A stretch of DNA of 64,000 bases from positions 3,687 to 67,686 of the forward strand of contig MEXN01000005.1 in assembly GCA_001773695.1 (NCBI GenBank), read 5' to 3'. A program made the translations under genes and the position numbers. Each line of letters opens with the position of its first letter. Within the stretch, counting starts at the first letter, position 1. Positions 27,096-34,801 of this stretch are shown in pieces. The notes under the pieces were generated by a model. The model was not told where the DNA came from. It ran no database searches and was given only the letters and a program-made list of their open reading frames with translations. Source of the stretch: Candidatus Amesbacteria bacterium RIFCSPLOWO2_01_FULL_48_25 (GTDB lineage: Bacteria; Patescibacteriota; Microgenomatia; CAZETR01; Amesbacteraceae).

Positions 27096-27261
27096 GTTTA
27101 GACGACTCCTTGTGAAGCTGGTATTTTCGGCAGTGGCGGCAATATTTTTTTAGCTCCAGCTTATCGGGAGTGTTGATTTTGTTTTTCTGACTAAGGTAAT
27201 TTTGGGACTTGCAGACCGAGCAGATAAACGCGAAATATTGACGGGCGCCTTTTTTAGCCAT
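27088..27261 (-). CDS. rpmG: 50S ribosomal protein L33 (Zn-binding type; not in the ORF track)
   Basis: Manual translation MAKKGARQYFAFICSVCKSQNY..KLELKKYCRHCRKYQLHKE. Confidence 0.96.
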   Translation of the reverse strand: MAKKGARQYFAFICSVCKSQNYLSQKNKINTPDKLELKKYCRHCRKYQLHKESSKLK

Positions 27262-27276
27262 GGGGGGATTTTAGTT

Positions 27277-27311
27277 TAAAAGGCACTCCCTTGGCAAGGG
27301 GGAGTGCTTTT
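27277..27311. terminator. Hairpin flanked by A/T tracts
   Basis: AAAAGGCACTCCC..GGGAGTGCTTTT. Confidence 0.55.
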
Positions 27312-27326
27312 GGGATCAGTTTCTAT

Positions 27327-27650
27327 TTATTGCAGCGGTTGAACTTGGTTGGGGTCTAGCGGAGATGCAACCGCTGGAGCAGCGGGAGTTGCCGGAGTTA
27401 TCGGTACTGTCGGAGCCGCGGTGGCTGTAGTACCCATAGTCATGTCTGGAATTGATGCCGGAATCACTGGAGGTACGGGAGATATGGCTTCCATTGGTTC
27501 TGCCGAAGTTGAGGTGATGGGCATGGCGGCAGTACTAACGGCTGGGTTTTCGGTGCCGCAATTTTGGCAGACCCAGACTTTGGAGCCGTCGGTAAGCGCG
27601 ACCTCTTGGCAGTTGACGCACTTGATTTGAGATTGATCCAAAGAAATCAC
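27327..27650 (-). CDS. Zn-ribbon protein with Pro/Thr/Ala-rich tail
   Basis: CVNC..CQNC. Confidence 0.6.
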   Translation of the reverse strand: MISLDQSQIKCVNCQEVALTDGSKVWVCQNCGTENPAVSTAAMPITSTSAEPMEAISPVPPVIPASIPDMTMGTTATAAPTVPITPATPAAPAVASPLDPNQVQPLQ

Positions 27651-27748
27651 CGCCTTTCGTTAATATTCAATGTTTAATATTTAGTGTTTAATAGTATTTA
27701 TAATAAACCATCCTTGACGTGGTTGTAAAGACGGGTGATCATGGATGT

Positions 27749-28945
27749 ATGGAATTGGGGTCGGGATTGTTTAATCTGTCGGGGATGAGTTCGCCTGTGG
27801 CTATTGTGGACCAGGTGATTTCGGAGGCGATTCGGGTTACGGCGTCCGACATACTTTTGGAGCCGGAGGAGAAAGAAGTCCGGGTGAGATTGCGGGTGGA
27901 CGGGGTGTTGCAGACTTACGGGACGATGGCCCACGGGGCATATGACCAGGTGCTGTCGCGGATAAAAGTGCTGGGTAACATGGATGTGACGGAAAATAGA
28001 AAGCCCCAGGAGAGTAAGATCCGGGTGGAAGTGGAGGGACACCCGTATGTCCTGCGGGCGGGGATTGTTACTACTAATTTTGGCCAGATGGCGGCCTTGC
28101 GGGTGTTGGACTTGCCTCAGTATACACAGTTTACTCAATTGGGGGTGTCTGAGGCTTTAGCTTCTAAAATTAGAAGTAATATATCTGGTCGATACGGATT
28201 GTTTTTAGTGTGCGGGCCGACGGGGTCAGGGAAAACGACCACGGTTCACGCGTGCCTTAAGCACTTGAATACGGGCGAAGTAAATATCATGACAATTGAA
28301 GACCCGGTGGAATATGTCATGCCGGGGGTGAACCAAATTGAGGTGGGAGAAGATGTGGGATTGGATTTTGTCCGGGGTTTGCGGCAAATATTGCGACTGA
28401 ACCCGGATATAGTTTTTGTGGGGGAGATTAGGGACGCGGAGACGGCTAAAATTGCGGTTCAGGCGTCTCTTACGGGCCATCTGGTGATTTCCACAATTCA
28501 TGGGAGAAATAGTGTGGGGGCGATTTATAGACTTTTGGACTTGGGAATAGACCGATTTATGATCAACTATGCTTTGCGGGCGGTGGTGTCGCAGCGGTTG
28601 ATGCGGCGGATATGTGAGCATTGTAGGGAAGATTATCGGGCGACGCCTGAGGAGTTGGCTCTGTATGCCCGAGAGACGGGCAAAAAACCATTGCAGCTCT
28701 TAACAGGCCGCGGCTGTGAAATGTGCCACCAGAGCCGGTTTCGCGGCCGGGTGGGGATATATGAGATGCTGGAGATGGACGAGGAGACGCGCCAGCTGAT
28801 TTTTTCGGGAGCGGATGAAGAAGTGTTTAAAAAGGAGCTACTTAGGAAAGGGTTTAAGACTATGAACGAAGAGGGAATAAGACTGGTGGACGAAGGAGTG
28901 ACGTCCATCCCCGAGTTTATCCGGACGATGTATGATGCCAGATGA
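27749..28945 (+). CDS. GspE/PilB family ATPase lacking the N-terminal domain
   Basis: ASDI..RLRVDG, GPTGSGKTTT, TIEDPVE, GEIRD, TGHLV, CxxC..CxxC. Confidence 0.92.
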   Translation: MELGSGLFNLSGMSSPVAIVDQVISEAIRVTASDILLEPEEKEVRVRLRVDGVLQTYGTMAHGAYDQVLSRIKVLGNMDVTENRKPQESKIRVEVEGHPYVLRAGIVTTNFGQMAALRVLDLPQYTQFTQLGVSEALASKIRSNISGRYGLFLVCGPTGSGKTTTVHACLKHLNTGEVNIMTIEDPVEYVMPGVNQIEVGEDVGLDFVRGLRQILRLNPDIVFVGEIRDAETAKIAVQASLTGHLVISTIHGRNSVGAIYRLLDLGIDRFMINYALRAVVSQRLMRRICEHCREDYRATPEELALYARETGKKPLQLLTGRGCEMCHQSRFRGRVGIYEMLEMDEETRQLIFSGADEEVFKKELLRKGFKTMNEEGIRLVDEGVTSIPEFIRTMYDAR

Positions 28946-28990
28946 GCGCTTGGGTTGACATGTTTAATCCTATAGTCTATACTGGGGCGG

Positions 28991-29464
28991 ATGGGTAAGT
29001 CTGAACGGGGTTATGATGCAGAGCAAAAGGCGAGAGAGGCTGCCACTAAGGCAGTATGGAGGGCTCGGGCTCGTGAGGAAGCAGTGGGGTTTGTTGTCAA
29101 CTCGGTGGCATTTGGAGCGGCCGCAACTTTGTGTGTGGCGGGAAGAACTTGAGGGCATACAAACGCGGCCGAAATGGCTGCAGGTGCAGCGTTGGGATGT
29201 GCTTTTAACATTATGAAACATGTCAGGGAATTGAGGTTTATTGGAAAAGAGAAGTTCGAAGGTTCTGTGCTGGCCGATTTAGTGTTTACTGCTGGGCCAC
29301 TTGGTGTGGCGATGGTTGGTGTGGGGTTTCAGGCATATGAGGTGTTTTTGCGCCATCAATATTCGTATTTTTGGTCAGGACTGATCTTTGCATTGGGAGC
29401 CGATATGGGATTGAGTGGAGCGACCCACAGTTTATTTGGGATAGCGAAGTTAGAGGAAGACTAG
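28991..29464 (+). pseudogene. Membrane protein reading frame with one in-frame TGA
   Basis: TTGACA-17-TATACT-7-ATG; frame continues past TGA 29150-29152 into ORF 29174-29464. Confidence 0.65.
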
Positions 29465-29501
29465 TGGCGGAGCGAGGGTAAATTGCTGATTTGGTGAGGT
29501 G

Positions 29502-29573
29502 AGCCTGGGCTGGGAATCGGACCCAGGACCTCATTCTTACCAAGAATGCGTTCTGCCACTGAACTACCCAGGC
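29502..29573 (-). tRNA. tRNA-Thr (GGT)
   Basis: Acceptor GCCTGGG/CCCAGGC, anticodon arm CATTC-TTGGTAA-GAATG. Confidence 0.93.
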
Positions 29574-29626
29574 TGGTGGATTTGATTTTACGGGGGGGGA
29601 GGGGTTTTGGGAAGAGGAGAGAGATT

Positions 29627-32329
29627 TTAATTCGTGACGAAGAACCAAACTTTGGCTACACCAGAGGCTCGGTTTTGGATGCCGCTTGGTCCACATATTA
29701 AAGGAATGTTGCATGTGGTTAAGTGGGTTTCAGAATCATCCGAGGTGGCAGCGATGGAATGCCAGCCATTTTGAAGTTTATTAAGATCGATTAGGACAGG
29801 CTGGAGTGATGTTATATTCCCAGGTTGAGCTAGAAGCACTAAACCAGCGCGGGCTTGAACCTGGGGCCAAGTTCCGGTCGCGGGAATAGCGTGACTTTTG
29901 TCCATTGCAATTGTGAGTTTGCTACTAGTTTCTTGAGAGGCTCTTGCTCGGAAGGTATAACCTGATGGGTAAGCACTCTTTGAAAGTGGCCTAAGAGGCA
30001 CACAGTCTATCACGGCGACAGTATATCCGGCGTCTGTATACCAACCTCTTCCTGAAAAAGACGAATATCTAGTTGATCCGGGGCCGGGATTATTACAAAG
30101 CATTTGACCAGTAACAGCGTCGGCGTGGGCCGTGTCTGATGTACTACCATTTGCTACTTGAAAAGGAACTGCGCTGGAATTGAGGAATTCCTTGCCGTCA
30201 AGAGTATGTGAAACCGAGCGGAGTCTGAATTCGTGCCATTGATTACTCAAGCTGTTGGTATCAAAGTTTACATCGAAGTTAAATGCACAGTTTGTGCTAA
30301 TTGAACCGTCGTATGGACATCTGGTATTTGTACTAACATAACGTCTTGTATGACTTTCGTCATAAACCTCGACCGTTGATAAAGTACTAGGGTTATCGTG
30401 CATGACGATACGGATGTTGAAGTTCATGGTTCCTGTAACCTGTTGACCCAAAGGAACATTAGCGGCCCAGTGCACATGTCCGTAACTTGGCATCCACCAG
30501 CCTTGCAGTTCGATTGGAATTCTTCTTTGATCAAAAGCTACTTGGCCATTGACAAGGTAAGGGGGCGACTCGGCACACCAGAGGCCACCGCAGTCTGATG
30601 TTGACCCGGGTGGGGGGTTTGGAAAGGTGCCGGGGGGGAGAGTGGGGCCGGGGGTGGAGGTGGGACCAGATGTCGGAATGGGGGTGGGGGTACGAGTAGG
30701 TGTGGGGATACTAGTGGTGGGGGTAGGACCGGTAGAAGTCGGGGTGGGGGAAGAGGGGGGAGAGGGAAGGAAATTGACACGCCAGATGAGGTAGTCAACC
30801 CCATTGACCATTGAGTCGGTGTTGAAGTCGGCTGGCGAAGTAGTTAGGCCGTAGTCGCGAGCCCAAAGGCCCAGATCTACTAGATCCACATCCCCATCGT
30901 GATCGGCGTCACCTGGGAGAAATGAGGAGGTGGGGGCGGGGGATCCGGTAGGAACGGAAGTGGGGGTTGGGGTGGAGAGAGGATTGCCGGAGATGGGAGT
31001 ATTCATGACGGATTGGATTTCGGTGGATGATAACTCGCGGTTGTAAATTCGAACCTCGTCGATGATGCCGGAGAAGAAATCGTTAAAGCTGGAACCCGAT
31101 GGATGAGCACCAATATATATAGTGTCGGTGACCGAGCTAGGTTGGGCCCCAAAGGGAGAGGCGAAAGTAGTGCCCATCCATGTGCCGTCGAGATAAGCTC
31201 GGAGATTGCCGGTGCCATCATAAGTTACCGCCAGATGGTGCCATTGGTTATTGGGAATTGTGCCGGACCAGATATCATCCCGGGTGCCGTCGTAGAAGCC
31301 GACTTGGCCGTTGGCCAGGAAAAAGTGACGGTTGGGGCCGACGGAGACGATGGTTTCCCGAGAGCTGTTAGTGGGATTGTTGATCCAGGCCATAAAGGTG
31401 TAGGGGAGGATAGTAACGGAAGAGTCCTGGGTGCGGCTGGAAGTGCCGTTGAATGATAGGCCATTTGAAAACTTGCCGGTAGTCCAGGTAGTGTTGGAGA
31501 GGGCGGCGTGGCGGGAGTTGCCGGAGGTATCAAAAGCGGTGGTGCCGGAGCCTTCGTTGAAACTGTATGCGGCTAGTTGGTCTGGAGCGGCAGAGTCGGT
31601 ATTGTATTGGTCGGATTTGGCCCACCAGATGAAAGTTGCACTTCCGGGGAAGTCGGCGCGGGGATGGTCGGAGTTGGCGAAGGAATGAATTTGGGCGGCT
31701 TGGGTGTCTGACAAGGTTCCGGTTCCGGCGGCAACCCAATAATAATCGGAATTAGGCTGGCGACCTGAGCCTTGGACAAGGGTAGACCCGATTAGAAACG
31801 GCGCTTGGGCAGGTATGGAGCTGGTAGAGGTGGTAACGAACTGATTTCCATCAACACTGATTTTTAGTTGGGTGGGAGTCCAGGCGGCGATAATGGTTTT
31901 GGTATCGCCGATGCTGAAGGATTGAGTAGCTGATGCGTGGATAGTGCCGCCGGAGCCACTGTTGCGGGCGAAGTGAAACTGATCCGTTCCGACGTCGTAA
32001 TACACAAAGAGGTCCTTGGGGTCAGATTCGCTCATGTCCCAGATGATGGGGTCTGGGGAAAGAGTAGTAGTTGAGGGGAAGCCCACTTTCATTCTCACTG
32101 CGACCCAGCCTTGGGTGGGGTTTATGAGATTTGTTTCCGGGAGCTGGGCGGAGTCGCTACTGCGGGAGATATTGGCGCTGGAGTCGGCGTTGTAAGTGAC
32201 GCCAGAGGTACATAGTGAGCCCGGAGTAGTACAAGACGTTTGGGCCAGAGCGATTTGTGGAGAGAAAAGCTGGGATAAAAGCATGAGGAGACCCGCTAAA
32301 CCTAGGGCAAATACGAGTATCGTTCTCAT
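29627..32329 (-). CDS. Secreted protein with LamG-like domains, dockerin-like repeat and PT linkers
   Basis: YSFNEGSG..WHHLAVTYDG..FSGIIDEVRIYNR; GDADHDGDVD..DFNTDSMVNGVD. Confidence 0.85.
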   Translation of the reverse strand: MRTILVFALGLAGLLMLLSQLFSPQIALAQTSCTTPGSLCTSGVTYNADSSANISRSSDSAQLPETNLINPTQGWVAVRMKVGFPSTTTLSPDPIIWDMSESDPKDLFVYYDVGTDQFHFARNSGSGGTIHASATQSFSIGDTKTIIAAWTPTQLKISVDGNQFVTTSTSSIPAQAPFLIGSTLVQGSGRQPNSDYYWVAAGTGTLSDTQAAQIHSFANSDHPRADFPGSATFIWWAKSDQYNTDSAAPDQLAAYSFNEGSGTTAFDTSGNSRHAALSNTTWTTGKFSNGLSFNGTSSRTQDSSVTILPYTFMAWINNPTNSSRETIVSVGPNRHFFLANGQVGFYDGTRDDIWSGTIPNNQWHHLAVTYDGTGNLRAYLDGTWMGTTFASPFGAQPSSVTDTIYIGAHPSGSSFNDFFSGIIDEVRIYNRELSSTEIQSVMNTPISGNPLSTPTPTSVPTGSPAPTSSFLPGDADHDGDVDLVDLGLWARDYGLTTSPADFNTDSMVNGVDYLIWRVNFLPSPPSSPTPTSTGPTPTTSIPTPTRTPTPIPTSGPTSTPGPTLPPGTFPNPPPGSTSDCGGLWCAESPPYLVNGQVAFDQRRIPIELQGWWMPSYGHVHWAANVPLGQQVTGTMNFNIRIVMHDNPSTLSTVEVYDESHTRRYVSTNTRCPYDGSISTNCAFNFDVNFDTNSLSNQWHEFRLRSVSHTLDGKEFLNSSAVPFQVANGSTSDTAHADAVTGQMLCNNPGPGSTRYSSFSGRGWYTDAGYTVAVIDCVPLRPLSKSAYPSGYTFRARASQETSSKLTIAMDKSHAIPATGTWPQVQARAGLVLLAQPGNITSLQPVLIDLNKLQNGWHSIAATSDDSETHLTTCNIPLICGPSGIQNRASGVAKVWFFVTN

Positions 32330-32379
32330 TTGGAGTATCTCTTAAGTAAAAAGGTTTTTGGGGGGAGAGTCAAGAGGGG

Positions 32380-34788
32380 TTACTGTCTGATGGTTCCGGT
32401 GACGGGATCGTAGCCGCCCTGGATGAATTCGTAGTCGGACCAGGGGATGGAGCTGAGAGCGCTGAAGGTCAGGCCCAGATTTTGCCACGCGGTTTTATTT
32501 AACTCAAGCTGTACCCGGTTTCCTGCGCCGGTGTTGTCTCCTACAGTGCAGCCGTAAGTTTGAAGGGCCCTGGCTATTACTAGGGCGGGTGGGGTTAGGC
32601 CTTTGGTTGAGAGATTTACACTGGGTTTGATGCGGGCGACAATGCCTTCGGGGACGATGCCGCCTTTGGCACCTTCGTCACCGGACATCGGCCAGTAGTG
32701 GTTGGCGTAATTGGTTCCAGTGGCCCACCAGAAGCACTCCAGGCGGTGGTTGATGGCGCCGGCTTGGACCTCGTCCACCCGGATGGCGCGGGCGGGGGGA
32801 GGGATACCTCGGTGACCGAAATTTAAGACTGTGGTATAGCCGGTGACTCCGAAAGCTAGGCCATTGGAGTCCAGAACGTAATGCTTGAATGATGCATAAG
32901 ACCAGGAGTTGCTGGTGCTGTTGTATACGGCTTTCCACATTTCTATGACCTGGTTCCAGCCCCGATCGTAGACGATGAGCGCTCCGTCAGAGCCCGATGC
33001 TGGTTTGGCGCCAAGAGGGATACGGTAAGGGATGGTAACAGTGACGGGATTGTTGGTGACTGGGTCTATGTAGGTGTAGTTGTAGTTATAGGTGGGGTCG
33101 GAGGCGGTAGCCCAGTAGATGGGGTAGCCAAAGTCTTGGAGAGCGTCGGGGGCGGCGGTAAGCCCAAGATAGTCGAGATTCTCCGAAGATGTTTGGCTAT
33201 CTGTAATATAGGTGGAGCTGTGAATATCGATGGGAGCATTGGCCGGCATGGGGACGTTCCAGTAACTGTCGTTGGTGTGGGAGCGATAGACGGAGCCTAC
33301 TGGTGGAGGAGTGGGAGTGGGGCCTGATGGAGTGGGGGTAGGAGTCGGGGTGCGGGTGGGAGTGGGGCCGGTAGTGGTGGGGGTAGGAGTAGTGGGAGGA
33401 GAGGGGGCGGGGAGGAAATTGGTGCGCCAGATGAGGTAGTCGAGGCCGTTGACTGTAGAATCCGAGTTGAAGTTAGCCGGGGAGATGGACAGACCGTAAT
33501 CCCGGGCCCATAATCCCAGATCACCTAGGTCTACGTCCCCGTCATGGTCGGCGTCACCAGGGGGGAACGAAGTGGAGGAAGTGGAGATGACCAGGGCCGG
33601 GCGGCAGCTGGGAATGGCAGTGGGACAGGTGGCTTCGGAAGAGTAAATATCCAGGCCGTCAATGTCGGTCTGGTCCAGGCCGACAGAGTAATAATTACCC
33701 CGGTTGGCAGAGACAGAAGAAGTGATGTCGATTAGTTTAGTTTCGCCAAGGGTTCCCCCGGGGTTGGTAGCCAGAACTGTTCCTAGGGGGTAACTGGTGG
33801 AATTGGAGTAAGTTAGAGTGCTTTCGGACCAAGAGGAATTGGAAATGAATTTAACCGATTGGGTGGAAGTGGAGTCTGAGTTTGTGGCCTGGGAAACGGT
33901 AAGCCGGAGTTTGGCCGAGGTAATGGTGGTGTTACTTAGATTTCTCAGGTCAAACTTGAGAAATGAGATTTTAGTGGTGGGTGAAGCATCTACTCCCAAG
34001 ACACCGCTTGAACCATAGTTTGAGGAAGGGCTGCCCGAGTCCACGTAAGTGTCTTCAATTGCTGTAAGAGTAAATGTACCTCCGGGTGGAAGTGTGGGGG
34101 TGGGAGTAGGTGCGGTCGAGGAAATGGTGATATTGAGTTGGGAAGTGGGGGCCGCCAAGATATCTTCGACGGTGGTTGCGGCGGTGACATTGGAGTCGGT
34201 GGTTGAGGAGAGGGAAGTGAAGACGAATTTGATGGGATTGGTTCCGGCGGGAGCGGTAGATTTGACCTGGAAAGTGAAAGTGGCCACATCGACAGTGGAA
34301 CCATTGGTGGAGTAGGCGGCGGTGGGGGCATTGGCACCCCAGTTGAAGCGAACAAAGCCGAATTCGGCAACGCCCCGACCGGAGGGGCAACCAGACGAGC
34401 CGCCGTTGTTGGCACAATTTATGACCCTTAACAAATCGAATGTTCCTGTACTGGTGACGGGGGCAAAGGTGGCCGAGGTGGAGTTGAGGTTGGTGTCTCC
34501 AGTGGGATTGATGGTGATACCGGTTAAGGAGAGCTGGTCGGCGTTGAAGCTGGTTAGGATGTCGCTGCCGGATATGGATTGGGTGTTGGTATTGAGCCTG
34601 ACGGTGACGGGAAATGAGTTACCGGGTGAGTAGGTGGTTGGGGAAAGAGGGGCAAAGGTGAGGGTGGCCGTGTCGGCGAGGGCGGCTTTCTTTTTGAAGA
34701 GCTGGGTTTGACGGACCGCAGTCAAGCCGAGAAATAAACCCAGAAGGAGAAGGAGGATGATAAACAGACCGCGGCGATTGTTGGGCAT
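32380..34788 (-). CDS. Surface protein with cohesin-like, DNRLRE-like and dockerin-like domains
   Basis: TM followed by KKKAA; EDTYV..FLKFDL..SAKLRL; GDADHDGDVD. Confidence 0.8.
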   Translation of the reverse strand: MPNNRRGLFIILLLLLGLFLGLTAVRQTQLFKKKAALADTATLTFAPLSPTTYSPGNSFPVTVRLNTNTQSISGSDILTSFNADQLSLTGITINPTGDTNLNSTSATFAPVTSTGTFDLLRVINCANNGGSSGCPSGRGVAEFGFVRFNWGANAPTAAYSTNGSTVDVATFTFQVKSTAPAGTNPIKFVFTSLSSTTDSNVTAATTVEDILAAPTSQLNITISSTAPTPTPTLPPGGTFTLTAIEDTYVDSGSPSSNYGSSGVLGVDASPTTKISFLKFDLRNLSNTTITSAKLRLTVSQATNSDSTSTQSVKFISNSSWSESTLTYSNSTSYPLGTVLATNPGGTLGETKLIDITSSVSANRGNYYSVGLDQTDIDGLDIYSSEATCPTAIPSCRPALVISTSSTSFPPGDADHDGDVDLGDLGLWARDYGLSISPANFNSDSTVNGLDYLIWRTNFLPAPSPPTTPTPTTTGPTPTRTPTPTPTPSGPTPTPPPVGSVYRSHTNDSYWNVPMPANAPIDIHSSTYITDSQTSSENLDYLGLTAAPDALQDFGYPIYWATASDPTYNYNYTYIDPVTNNPVTVTIPYRIPLGAKPASGSDGALIVYDRGWNQVIEMWKAVYNSTSNSWSYASFKHYVLDSNGLAFGVTGYTTVLNFGHRGIPPPARAIRVDEVQAGAINHRLECFWWATGTNYANHYWPMSGDEGAKGGIVPEGIVARIKPSVNLSTKGLTPPALVIARALQTYGCTVGDNTGAGNRVQLELNKTAWQNLGLTFSALSSIPWSDYEFIQGGYDPVTGTIRQ

Positions 34789-34801
34789 AAGATGAAAACT
34801 G

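Noticed and set aside
21900-29464. Genome-wide UGA recoding (code 25 or 4)
   Set aside because: comM, glyA and the DUF2207 gene end at TGA at their expected C-termini, and long core genes have no internal TGA
29286-29714. ORFs overlapping tRNAs (also 41675-41965) and the many antisense ORFs inside long genes
   Set aside because: Shadow frames of real genes or tRNAs with no motifs, favoured by the strong strand bias
30600-30770. G-rich tracts as G-quadruplex or regulatory repeats
   Set aside because: Explained by Pro/Thr linker codons on the minus strand
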